From: an uncultured Candidatus Saccharibacteria bacterium
GTDB taxonomy: Bacteria > Patescibacteriota > Minisyncoccia > Phycocordibacterales > UBA6899
Direction of reading: 5' to 3'
DNA: 64,000 nucleotides
Assembly: GCA_964515375.1 (NCBI GenBank)
Contig: CAZERF010000001.1
Coordinates: 115,243 to 179,242, forward strand
The notes beneath the pieces were generated by a model. It did no database searches, was not told the DNA's origin, and was given only the letters and a program-made list of their open reading frames with translations. Shown here in pieces: positions 21,276 to 29,508 of the stretch. A program made the position numbers and the translations under genes. Position 1 is the stretch's first letter; each line of letters starts with the position of its first letter.

Positions 21276-22670
21276 TCACTTTTTTGAGAGCTTTTGCCCT
21301 TCTGATGTATCACTTACAACATAGCCGAGATCCGCGATCTCGTCACGGATCCGGTCGGCGGCGGAAAAGTCTTTGCTCGCCCGAGCATTCGCTCGTGCGT
21401 TAAGGAGTGTTTGGAGCTCGGGTGTCACCTCGATCGCGTCTTTCGGAAACGGGTCAAGGAGCTTGAGTCCGAGAATAGTGTCAAATTCAGCGATCGTCAC
21501 TCTTTTTTCAGAAGGAGAGAGTTCGGTTGACCTTACGATGTCCCAGAGATGCGCGATCATCCATGACGTGTGAAGATTGCCTCCCGAGGATCGGAGGATG
21601 TTGTCTTTTTCGATTTCGGGTAATGTGACGTTGGGTTCATCAGGAAGTGTACTCGCAAATTCTCGAAGCTTGTGATACGCATGCTCCGCTCCTTCAAGGG
21701 CACTCCATGTAAAATTGATCTGCGCGTTGTAGTTTGCGGTGAGAAGCCAGTAGCGAAAGGCGAGAGGGGAGATCCCCTTTTTTGCCAGATCCGAGAGTGT
21801 GTATGTGTTCTCAAGTGATTTTGACATCTTTTGGCCTTCGACATTCATGAACGCGCTGTGCATCCAGTATCGCGCGAATGGCTTTCCTGTGGCGCATTCA
21901 CTCTGCGCGATCTCGTTCGTGTGATGAACAGGGATATGGTCGATACCCCCGGTATGGATATCAATCGTTTCGCCGAGGTAATGCATTGCCATTGCCGAAC
22001 ACTCGAGGTGCCACCCGGGGAAGCCAACCCCCCAAGGTGACGGCCATTCCTGCTCGCGTTTTCTTCCGTCACGAGGTGAGAACTTCCAAAGCGCAAAATC
22101 AGAGGGGTTTCTTTTCTCGGTATTCATTTCCACTCGCGCTCCTTCTCGCTGTTGAGAAAGGTCGAGCCTCGCCATTTTTCCATATTTCGGAAAGCGCGCA
22201 GTGTCAAAGTAGATACCGTCTGTCGTCCGGTATGTATATCCTTTTTCTTCAAGGGTTTGGATAAGCGCGATCTGCTCGGGGATATGTGCGGTCGCGCGAG
22301 GATAATGATGAGCGGGGAGAATGTTGAGGCGAGAAAGGTCCTCATGGAAGGCGGACTCGTAGAATTGAGCGATCTCTTGAGCGCTCTTTCCCTCACGGCG
22401 AGCGCCTTTTTCCATTTTGTCTTCGCCTTCATCTCCGTCGGAGACAAGGTGTCCGACGTCCGTGATATTCATTACTTGCTTCACGGTATATCCGTGATAG
22501 GTGAATGTTCTCCGAATAATATCCGCGAAGATAAAGGCGCGAAGATTTCCAATGTGCGCGAAGTTGTAGACCGTCGGACCGCAGTGATACATGGTGACGA
22601 TGTGTGGTGGGGGAGGGGTAAACTCTTCTAGTGTGCGGGTTGCGGTGTTGTGGAGTGTGATGGAGGACAT
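21276..22670 (-). CDS. cysS: Cysteine--tRNA ligase
   Basis: CGPTVY..AHIGN, PGWHLECS, HHTNE, KMSKS. Confidence 0.98.
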   Translation of the reverse strand: MSSITLHNTATRTLEEFTPPPPHIVTMYHCGPTVYNFAHIGNLRAFIFADIIRRTFTYHGYTVKQVMNITDVGHLVSDGDEGEDKMEKGARREGKSAQEIAQFYESAFHEDLSRLNILPAHHYPRATAHIPEQIALIQTLEEKGYTYRTTDGIYFDTARFPKYGKMARLDLSQQREGARVEMNTEKRNPSDFALWKFSPRDGRKREQEWPSPWGVGFPGWHLECSAMAMHYLGETIDIHTGGIDHIPVHHTNEIAQSECATGKPFARYWMHSAFMNVEGQKMSKSLENTYTLSDLAKKGISPLAFRYWLLTANYNAQINFTWSALEGAEHAYHKLREFASTLPDEPNVTLPEIEKDNILRSSGGNLHTSWMIAHLWDIVRSTELSPSEKRVTIAEFDTILGLKLLDPFPKDAIEVTPELQTLLNARANARASKDFSAADRIRDEIADLGYVVSDTSEGQKLSKK

Positions 22671-22702
22671 GGAAGTGGTGCCATTCTTCTATTTTATTTG
22701 TA

Positions 22703-23614
22703 TTACAACCAATGTTTGGATCGGGAATAGGTAAATACTCCAAGCGCAAGAACGGTCATGCATGAAATGACGATCCAAAATCCGTATGGGTGATGGAGGA
22801 GAGGGGTATTCGGAAAACTCATGCCAAATATCTGGCCAATGAGCGTGGAAGGAAGAACAGAGAAGGTCGTAACCGTGAGCACTTTCATGATCTCATTGGT
22901 CTTGGTGGTGAGGAGTGAATCGTTGGTGATACGAAGGTCGGAGAGGACCTCTTTGTGATCATCGAGTACTTCGTCGATTTTGTGGTATTCGCCGATGATA
23001 TCGTCAACATAGTGACGGTAATCCTTTCCAAAGAATCCTTCAGCAATTTGCGCAAGCGAGTTTAGTACATCTTTGTGAAGTCGTAGTGCGCGATGGAATT
23101 CGAGTAGATCGCGATGGATGACGGAAAGGTGAATGACCATTTCTCGTTCTTCGCCTTTGAAGATCCGTTCCTCAATGCTTCGGAGTTGTTCGGAGATAAT
23201 GGAAAGTTCATGACCCAACGAGAGATATATCTTGCGTATCATGTAGAAGAAAAGGAAGCCGGCATGGTCTCCGATCTCCGCTTTGTTCAAGATGGAATTG
23301 ACCTCAAAGACCTTTGAGAATTTGTGGAGCGGATCAAGAAGTTCATAGCGAACCGTAATGATGAACTGCTTTCCGATGATAAAGTCCACCTCCTGGCTGG
23401 GGTTCGTATGTGTGTGACGAATAGCGGGGAAATGAAGGATGAGATAGATGAAATTTTCGTAGTGGTCGACCTTTGGGCGAAGCGAGGGGTTCAAGAGTTC
23501 GTCCGCGACGATGGGGTGAATGTCGAATTCCTCCATGATTTGCCGAACTTCTTCGTGCGTTGGGCGCTCCATGTCGACCCAAACGAGATCGCGGTATTTG
23601 TAACGAGAGATCAT
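22703..23614 (-). CDS. corA: CorA family divalent cation transporter
   Basis: RPKVD, TNEIMKVLT, two C-terminal TMs with GMS in place of GMN; start inferred from TATAAT 9 nt upstream. Confidence 0.9.
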   Translation of the reverse strand: MISRYKYRDLVWVDMERPTHEEVRQIMEEFDIHPIVADELLNPSLRPKVDHYENFIYLILHFPAIRHTHTNPSQEVDFIIGKQFIITVRYELLDPLHKFSKVFEVNSILNKAEIGDHAGFLFFYMIRKIYLSLGHELSIISEQLRSIEERIFKGEEREMVIHLSVIHRDLLEFHRALRLHKDVLNSLAQIAEGFFGKDYRHYVDDIIGEYHKIDEVLDDHKEVLSDLRITNDSLLTTKTNEIMKVLTVTTFSVLPSTLIGQIFGMSFPNTPLLHHPYGFWIVISCMTVLALGVFTYSRSKHWL

Positions 23615-23694
23615 ATATTGCGTATTATACGAGCTGTTCTTTGTTTTGACCATGTGTATTTGTGTTTTTTTGATTCTCTGCGATAATAAAGGGA

Positions 23695-25053
23695 ATGAGA
23701 TTCTTGAACCTGCGATCCGTCGCTCGGGTGTGCCTTTGGGTCACTATCTTTTTTGTCGGTTTTTCTTTTGGGTACAACGGTCAGCCGGCGATCGGCAAGG
23801 TTTCCGGACTCACGAATCTACTCCCTGATTCGGGGTCGACCTCGCCCGCACAGCTTGGCACCTGCCTTGACGAGCGCGGTACGCAGGTACCGTGTCTTTT
23901 GGAGCGGGAAGGCGTGCACATTGTCGCCGAAGAGATCGCGGATTTCGGCCAATTTTGGGAAGTTTGGAACATCGTCAATGAAAAATACGTTCCACCCAAA
24001 GACAAAGTGATCACAAACCAAGAGAAGGTGTGGGGCGCCGCGAGTGGACTCGCGGACGCGCTTGGTGACCCGTATACCTACTTCATGCCTCCGCAAGAAA
24101 AGTCTATTTTTGAACAGGATGTCGCAGGTTCCTTTGGCGGGGTCGGTATGCAGATCGGGATCGAAGAAGGTATGTTGACTGCGACCGGACTTCTCCCCGA
24201 TTCACCCGCCGAACGCGCGGGTATTCGCAAGGGCGATAAGATCTTCCTTATCGATGGTGCGACGACAACAGAGATGACGATCGACAAGGCGCTCTACCTT
24301 ATTCGCGGAGAAGTGGGGAAGGCCGTTGAGTTGACCGTGCTTCGCGAAGAGGTCGATGAACCTATTGTGTATCGTGTCGTAAGAGAGGTCATTCAAGTTC
24401 CGACCATCGAAACAAAGAAAGACGGTGACGTTTTTATCATTAGTCTGTACGGTTTCCCTGCGACCGGTGCCGATCTGTTTCGCAATGCGCTTCGCGAGTT
24501 CGTGATCTCCGGAGCAGACAAGTTGGTTGTTGACCTTCGGGGGAATCCGGGTGGATACCTTGAGGTTGCCGTTGATATGGCAAGTTGGTTCCTTCCGCAG
24601 GGTGCTGTTGTCGTGAGCGAGGAGGATCGCGACGGTGTGGGTCGCGTTTATCGCAGTAAGGGCTACAACATCTTCAAGGAAGATTTTCATATCGTTATGC
24701 TCGTTGATGGTGGCTCCGCTTCTGCGTCTGAGATCTTGGCGGGCGCACTCGAACAACATGGCGTTGCGACACTCGTCGGAACCAAGACCTTCGGAAAGGG
24801 CTCGGTCCAAGAACTCGTTCCGGTTACCGAGGATACCGCACTCAAGGTCACTGTCGCGCGTTGGATCATGCCGAACGGCAAGAATCTCTCGTCGGGAGGT
24901 ATTGACCCTAATGTTTTGGTCGAATACACACAGGAGGATGCGGACAATGATCGTGACCCGCAACTTGAACGCGCCCTCGAGCTCATCCGCTTGGGAAAGT
25001 TCCCCCCTCGTGCGGACACCCTCGCCACTCCCGCAACCACCACGCCTCAGTAA
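23695..25053 (+). CDS. S41 C-terminal processing peptidase with a PDZ domain
   Basis: DPYT, GVG PDZ loop, DLRGNPGG, SASASEI, TFGKGSVQ. Confidence 0.96.
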   Translation: MRFLNLRSVARVCLWVTIFFVGFSFGYNGQPAIGKVSGLTNLLPDSGSTSPAQLGTCLDERGTQVPCLLEREGVHIVAEEIADFGQFWEVWNIVNEKYVPPKDKVITNQEKVWGAASGLADALGDPYTYFMPPQEKSIFEQDVAGSFGGVGMQIGIEEGMLTATGLLPDSPAERAGIRKGDKIFLIDGATTTEMTIDKALYLIRGEVGKAVELTVLREEVDEPIVYRVVREVIQVPTIETKKDGDVFIISLYGFPATGADLFRNALREFVISGADKLVVDLRGNPGGYLEVAVDMASWFLPQGAVVVSEEDRDGVGRVYRSKGYNIFKEDFHIVMLVDGGSASASEILAGALEQHGVATLVGTKTFGKGSVQELVPVTEDTALKVTVARWIMPNGKNLSSGGIDPNVLVEYTQEDADNDRDPQLERALELIRLGKFPPRADTLATPATTTPQ

Positions 25054-25168
25054 GGAAGAGCTATTTCCTTGCTATTTTGGGTGGGATCCGTATAATACGG
25101 AGCACATCTTTGACCTGTAGGGCCTCATGCCCATAAGGATGTCTTATACGAACTAAATCCGTATTACT

Positions 25169-25627
25169 ATGAAAGTAATTTTGTTAGCGGACGTGAAGAA
25201 CGTCGGCAAAAAGTTTGAGATCGTCGACGTGGCGCCCGGTTACGCGCGCAATTTCTTGCTCGCGCGAGAACTCGGCGAAGCGGTGACCAAGCAGAATGCA
25301 AAGCGTGTCGCGGAGCTCCAAAAGAAACGTGAGCTTCAAGTGTCGCGTGAGCGTGAGGCGCTTGAGAAGGCGTTTTCGGGCGTGAAGGACGCTGTGGTGA
25401 CCTTCACTCGCAATGCCAACGAAGAGGGACACCTCTACGCGGGTGTTACTGCAGAAGATATCGCGCTTGAGTTGAGCAAGAAGATCGGAGCGGAACTTCG
25501 TCCTGATCATGTTGTCCTCGAAAAGGCGATCAAGAATATCGGCGACCATAAGATCTCCGCAAAACTCGGCGAGAAGGAGGTACACTTTGTTGTCACCGTT
25601 GTCGCGGAAGGGGAAGTGACAGAATAA
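25169..25627 (+). CDS. rplI: 50S ribosomal protein L9
   Basis: MKVILLADV..VGK...V..GYARNFL, G.LYAGV. Confidence 0.97.
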   Translation: MKVILLADVKNVGKKFEIVDVAPGYARNFLLARELGEAVTKQNAKRVAELQKKRELQVSREREALEKAFSGVKDAVVTFTRNANEEGHLYAGVTAEDIALELSKKIGAELRPDHVVLEKAIKNIGDHKISAKLGEKEVHFVVTVVAEGEVTE

Positions 25628-25647
25628 GCGGAACACAAATTTTGTTC

Positions 25648-25680
25648 AAAAAAACCACCCCGCGCGGGGTGGTTTTTTTT
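25648..25680. terminator. Bidirectional terminator between rplI and rpmA
   Basis: A-tract, CCACCCCG-CG-CGGGGTGG hairpin, T-tract. Confidence 0.9.
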
Positions 25681-25699
25681 GTCTTTGGAAAAGGGAAGT

Positions 25700-25975
25700 C
25701 TAGAGGGCGACGCTCGCTTCCTTCTTGGTGACGCGCTTGCCGTCGAAACGGGTCTTGCGTACGGTCCTGAAGGTGACGGTTCCCGCTTTGACCGCATAGA
25801 GCGTGTGGTCCTTTCCGACCTTTACATTCTCTCCTGCGACAATGCGTGTTCCGCGCTGACGAACGATGATATTGCCGATCTTGGCCTTCTCACCGCCGTA
25901 GAGCTTGGTGCCGAGAAACTTCGGCTGCGAGTCACTGATGTTCTTTGTAGAACCTCCCGCCTTTTTGTGTGCCAT
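25700..25975 (-). CDS. rpmA: 50S ribosomal protein L27
   Basis: [27 protein letters not shown]. Confidence 0.98.
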   Translation of the reverse strand: MAHKKAGGSTKNISDSQPKFLGTKLYGGEKAKIGNIIVRQRGTRIVAGENVKVGKDHTLYAVKAGTVTFRTVRKTRFDGKRVTKKEASVAL

Positions 25976-26017
25976 GGCTGTTACCGCTAATTAATATGCT
26001 ATAATTGAGGTCCGCTC

Positions 26018-26461
26018 ATGCTAACAGAAACGTTCAAAAAAATCAAGGAATTTCTCGTTTCCACGGGTGACCTTCCCAAGGATATCTTTTTGGCTCTCCT
26101 GGTTGTTTTTGTGGGTTTTGGAGGATTTTTGATCGGTCGGATCAGCGTTGTTCTCGATGGTACACAAGGCGGGCTCAGGATCACTGAAAAGGAAGTGCGG
26201 TCCTCCGTGGTGGGTGTGGGGCAGGGGAGTGTCCTGGGGGCAGTGACGGCTTCGTCGGAGAGTTTGACGATTGGCACGAAGGAAGTCGTACCAGCGCTCA
26301 AAACAGGAGTCTATGTTGCGTCACGAAACGGGACAGTCTTCCATTTGCCGACATGCTCGGGGGCAAAACGGATCTCGGAAGCCAACAAGATATGGTTTGC
26401 GACAAAAGAAGAAGCACTTGCGAAAGGATATCGCCCCGCTGCGAATTGCAAGGGGTTGTAG
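26018..26461 (+). CDS. Membrane-anchored protein with a C-terminal Ada-like metal-binding module
   Basis: TM near the N-terminus; VASRNG..FHLPTC...I...N.IWF.T.EEA...GYRP..NC pattern. Confidence 0.8.
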   Translation: MLTETFKKIKEFLVSTGDLPKDIFLALLVVFVGFGGFLIGRISVVLDGTQGGLRITEKEVRSSVVGVGQGSVLGAVTASSESLTIGTKEVVPALKTGVYVASRNGTVFHLPTCSGAKRISEANKIWFATKEEALAKGYRPAANCKGL

Positions 26462-26600
26462 GAGGGGGGGTAAGATCGTGCAAGAAGTGAGACTGCGAAA
26501 AGAGGGGTTAGGTTATAAACAAGGGGTCGCCAAAAATAAATTTTCTGGTATACTCCTTCTTGTATCTGTTTGGGAGTTTGTATCTGGTAAACATAATTTT

Positions 26601-26651
26601 CGGGCTATCGGATCGTGGTTGGGACTACATGCCATATTGGAGAGTGCATGC
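26601..26651 (+). repeat. Degenerate copy of the tRNA-Pro 5' half
   Basis: CGGGCTATCGGAT, GTGGT, CTACATGC and GTGCATGC blocks identical to the tRNA at 26696. Confidence 0.8.
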
Positions 26652-26695
26652 ACCCTGTTGAGCGACCACAACTTCGATGATAAAAAAGATAAGAT

Positions 26696-26766
26696 CGGGC
26701 TATCGGATAGTGGTAGTCTACATGCATGGGGTGCATGCGGCGGCAGTTCGATTCTGCCTAGCCCGA
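26696..26766 (+). tRNA. tRNA-Pro (anticodon GGG), CCA not encoded
   Basis: Acceptor CGGGCTA/TAGCCCG, D arm GGAT-AGTGGTA-GTCT, anticodon arm CATGC-ATGGGGT-GCATG, T arm GGCAG-TTCGATT-CTGCC, discriminator A. Confidence 0.95.
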
Positions 26767-26805
26767 CAAAAGTTCAGTCAGTAGTTTACTTCACAAAAAT
26801 GTCCC

Positions 26806-26864
26806 CATGCATGGGGGTGTCTATATTCATTACCGGGACGCCAGTTCGATTCTGTCTAGCCCGA
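26806..26864 (+). repeat. Degenerate copy of the tRNA-Pro 3' half
   Basis: CATGCATGGGG (26806-26816) and CAGTTCGATTCTGtCTAGCCCGA (26842-26864, 22/23 identical to the tRNA 3' end). Confidence 0.85.
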
Positions 26865-26958
26865 AGCATTGGTTGTAAAAAGCGGAAAAGCAGCAAAATG
26901 CCATTTTACTGCTTCTTTGCTGAAATATTGTGCGACGTAATAGTGAGACATCGATGCT

Positions 26959-26988
26959 TTGACGGAACTTTTCTGTTCGTGGTATAAT
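26959..26988 (+). promoter_or_regulatory. Sigma70-type promoter upstream of the PEBP gene
   Basis: TTGACG-18-TATAAT with an extended TG. Confidence 0.7.
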
Positions 26989-27052
26989 TAAAGAGTGAGG
27001 TGAACTCGGGGCAAGCCGGTTCATGTGCTCCGCGGGGATCCTTGCGATCACC

Positions 27053-27544
27053 ATGAAGGAACATGTTACTCAAGACGCGACCACTCTTTTTGCTTTGACC
27101 AGTCCCGCATGGGGAGACGGTGGTTTTGTTCCTTCCGAATATACCTGTGACGGATTCGGCGAAAGCCCCGAACTCTTGATCTCGAATACCCCCGAAGGAA
27201 CTTCTTCTCTTGTTCTCATCATGCACGACCCAGACGTGCCTCGTGCGATACGTCCAGACGGCAATTTTGACCACTGGGTCCTCTATGATATCGATCCGAA
27301 GACGGTAATCATCCCAAGGAATACGTCGGTTGGTACTGAAGGACTGAATAGTGTGTGCAAGAAGGGTTATGTCGGACCATGTCCGCCGAACGGTGAACAT
27401 CGCTACATTTTCGATCTCTACGCACTCGATAGGAGATTGGATCTTCCTCCGCGTGCGACGCGTCGTGAAGTTGAATGCGCAATGAAATCCGTAACGGTAC
27501 TTGGCGCGGCAACACTTTTGGGGCGATATCGAAGAGGAGGGTGA
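27053..27544 (+). CDS. YbhB/YbcL family PEBP (Raf kinase inhibitor-like) protein
   Basis: YTCDG..SP.L, HDPD.P, FDHWV, Y.GPCPP..EHRY.F.LYALD. Confidence 0.95.
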   Translation: MKEHVTQDATTLFALTSPAWGDGGFVPSEYTCDGFGESPELLISNTPEGTSSLVLIMHDPDVPRAIRPDGNFDHWVLYDIDPKTVIIPRNTSVGTEGLNSVCKKGYVGPCPPNGEHRYIFDLYALDRRLDLPPRATRREVECAMKSVTVLGAATLLGRYRRGG

Positions 27545-27938
27545 GAGTGTTTTTTTTGCCGTTTTCTGCGGTTCTTTTCCGTGACTCAATACGTCGCACA
27601 ATATATCTTTTACGACATAATACGAAAGAAGAAATGGCCTTGTGTGGCCGTAGTTATTTCTTTTTCCAAAATCGGCTTTTTTAGATTTTTCTTGTCTTGC
27701 ATTCTTTTTTCATCCACCATTCTCCTTATCTATTTTCTTGCTCGAATGTCTGTCTTCTTGATTCGATACCGTCTCGACTCGCTTCTCCTCATTGGGCATT
27801 TGATGTGATCAAAAAATATTTTCACATTTTGTTATTGCAAAGAAGATACCCGGAGAGACTCCCCTGTTGTGTCGCACAATACAGAGGCGACGCAGTCGAA
27901 AAAAGAAAGATGGAATCGAGTGGGGTTTGAGAGTGAGA

Positions 27939-28112
27939 TTACTCCGTGTGTTCGGCCGGAGTACTTGTACTTGAGTCGTGCTGAGTAGGTATCCCACGCG
28001 CACGGAGCCAGTCGGGAAAACCGCTTTCGTCGACGATCTTGCGGACATCGATATTGAAGTAATACGCCAGTGCGGCGAAGAGAATGAATGTTGCGATAAT
28101 GCGAAAGACCAT
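27939..28112 (-). CDS. Small single-TM hypothetical protein (57 aa)
   Basis: Below the ORF-track cutoff; manual translation MVFRIIATFILFAALAYYFNIDVRKIVDESGFPDWLRARGIPTQHDSSTSTPAEHTE; co-oriented downstream of the M23 gene. Confidence 0.65.
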   Translation of the reverse strand: MVFRIIATFILFAALAYYFNIDVRKIVDESGFPDWLRARGIPTQHDSSTSTPAEHTE

Positions 28113-28161
28113 GTTCTTTGTTCTTTTATTTAATCTGCACTTAGGTGTCGTTTCTTTTCAT

Positions 28162-29508
28162 TCAAAGGTATGCCTCCGGGTCGAGGTAGCCATTCACCGG
28201 AGAAACAGGAATATGGAAGATCGCGCCCGGGCAAGATTTGCTGGGGAGGTCGACGATCTGCGTCACCGCAGAGACGAAAACAGCAAAATGGAGATGTGGG
28301 CCCGTTGCATAACCGGTCGCGCCACCATAGCCGATCACATCGCCAACCTGAACACTTTGACCTTTAGATACCTTGATAAGGTCGAGATGTGAATACATGG
28401 TCGAAAGACCGTTCTTGTGCTTGATCATGACCCAGCGACCATAGGAGGCTCCGCGGCACGCGAGATCGGTGTCGCCGAGTCCGATCACGATACCGTCTCC
28501 GGCTGTTTTGATCGGTGTCCCGACCGGAGCGCGGAAGTCGATGCCATTATGAGTTCCGGACGCATAGAGACGTACGGAGTCAACGGTGCGACCGAAACGT
28601 TGTGTGACAAAAGGTTTCTCGACCGGATAGGCAAAAACCTTTGTTCCTGCTTTGGGAATGGTGTTGGGGTCTATTTCTGCACGTAGTTGTGCCTCAAAGT
28701 CATCGATCTCTCGTTCAAACTGTGTCTTGCGTTCTTGCTTTTGCGCAAGGAGTTTCTTGTAGCTTGATTCTTGGTTCTGCGTATCTTTCAAGAGTTGGTT
28801 CTGCTCGAGACGTTTCTGGTCGGCGATCTTTTTCTGGTCGGCAAGTTGCGAATTAAGGGAGAGAAGTGTTTTTTGTTGGGTTTGGAATGATCCTTTTTGG
28901 GTACTGAGTTCATCACGTAAGCGCCGTAAGCTCTCGATACTATCGCGGATCGATGATTGAAGGCGGTTCATGTCCTCGGTATCAGCAAGGAGTTCGGAGA
29001 TGCTTTGTTTTGAAAGGACGACTTCGGTGAATGTTCGCGAACTTTCTTGGTCGATCTTGCGAATAATGTCTCGGATAAGGTCCCGATTCTTTTCGATCCT
29101 GATCTGATTGATGTCGATGTTGTCGCTGAGCTCTGTGATCTTGCTGTTGGTCTGCGCGATACGGGCTTGAGTCAATTTGACATCAGTCGCAAGTTTTGCT
29201 CGGGTGAGGTCGATGGTCTTGATCTCGTTTTGGAGGGTTTTTTTCTGATTGCCCACATCGACGAGCCGTTCTTGGTACGCCGCGATCTCGGACTCAAGTT
29301 TTTTGATCTCGTCTTGATGATTGGTGATATTTTGCTGAAGTTCAACGGCACGCTCAGTGAGCGTCGATGGTGTTGACAATATATTTTTTATGTTTTCTTT
29401 TTGATCTTGCGGGTTGCCTTCATTCGCAATGACGGTGCGCGCAAAGAGCATTCCCGCGATCAGGAAGAGAGTGAGTGTGTAGTAATGGAGGAATTCATGG
29501 TGTTTCAT
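28162..29508 (-). CDS. Coiled-coil M23 peptidase (EnvC-like murein hydrolase)
   Basis: Signal/TM, long coiled coil, HNGID, YSHL, TGPHLHF; ATG 29508 overlaps the gltX end. Confidence 0.93.
   Translation of the reverse strand: MKHHEFLHYYTLTLFLIAGMLFARTVIANEGNPQDQKENIKNILSTPSTLTERAVELQQNITNHQDEIKKLESEIAAYQERLVDVGNQKKTLQNEIKTIDLTRAKLATDVKLTQARIAQTNSKITELSDNIDINQIRIEKNRDLIRDIIRKIDQESSRTFTEVVLSKQSISELLADTEDMNRLQSSIRDSIESLRRLRDELSTQKGSFQTQQKTLLSLNSQLADQKKIADQKRLEQNQLLKDTQNQESSYKKLLAQKQERKTQFEREIDDFEAQLRAEIDPNTIPKAGTKVFAYPVEKPFVTQRFGRTVDSVRLYASGTHNGIDFRAPVGTPIKTAGDGIVIGLGDTDLACRGASYGRWVMIKHKNGLSTMYSHLDLIKVSKGQSVQVGDVIGYGGATGYATGPHLHFAVFVSAVTQIVDLPSKSCPGAIFHIPVSPVNGYLDPEAYL

Noticed and set aside
26601-26864. 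CRISPR array or intron-containing tRNA explanation for the repeats
   Set aside because: The repeats are tRNA-derived and irregular, no cas genes are present, the central tRNA is already complete, and no group I intron core is visible.
26271-26987. 238-aa ORF spanning the tRNA region
   Set aside because: It overlaps a real CDS and the tRNA-Pro gene and shows no protein-like features.
27545-27938. AT-rich gap with short minus-strand ORFs of about 30-36 aa
   Set aside because: No convincing coding signal or RNA structure; it may be decayed sequence but this cannot be supported.
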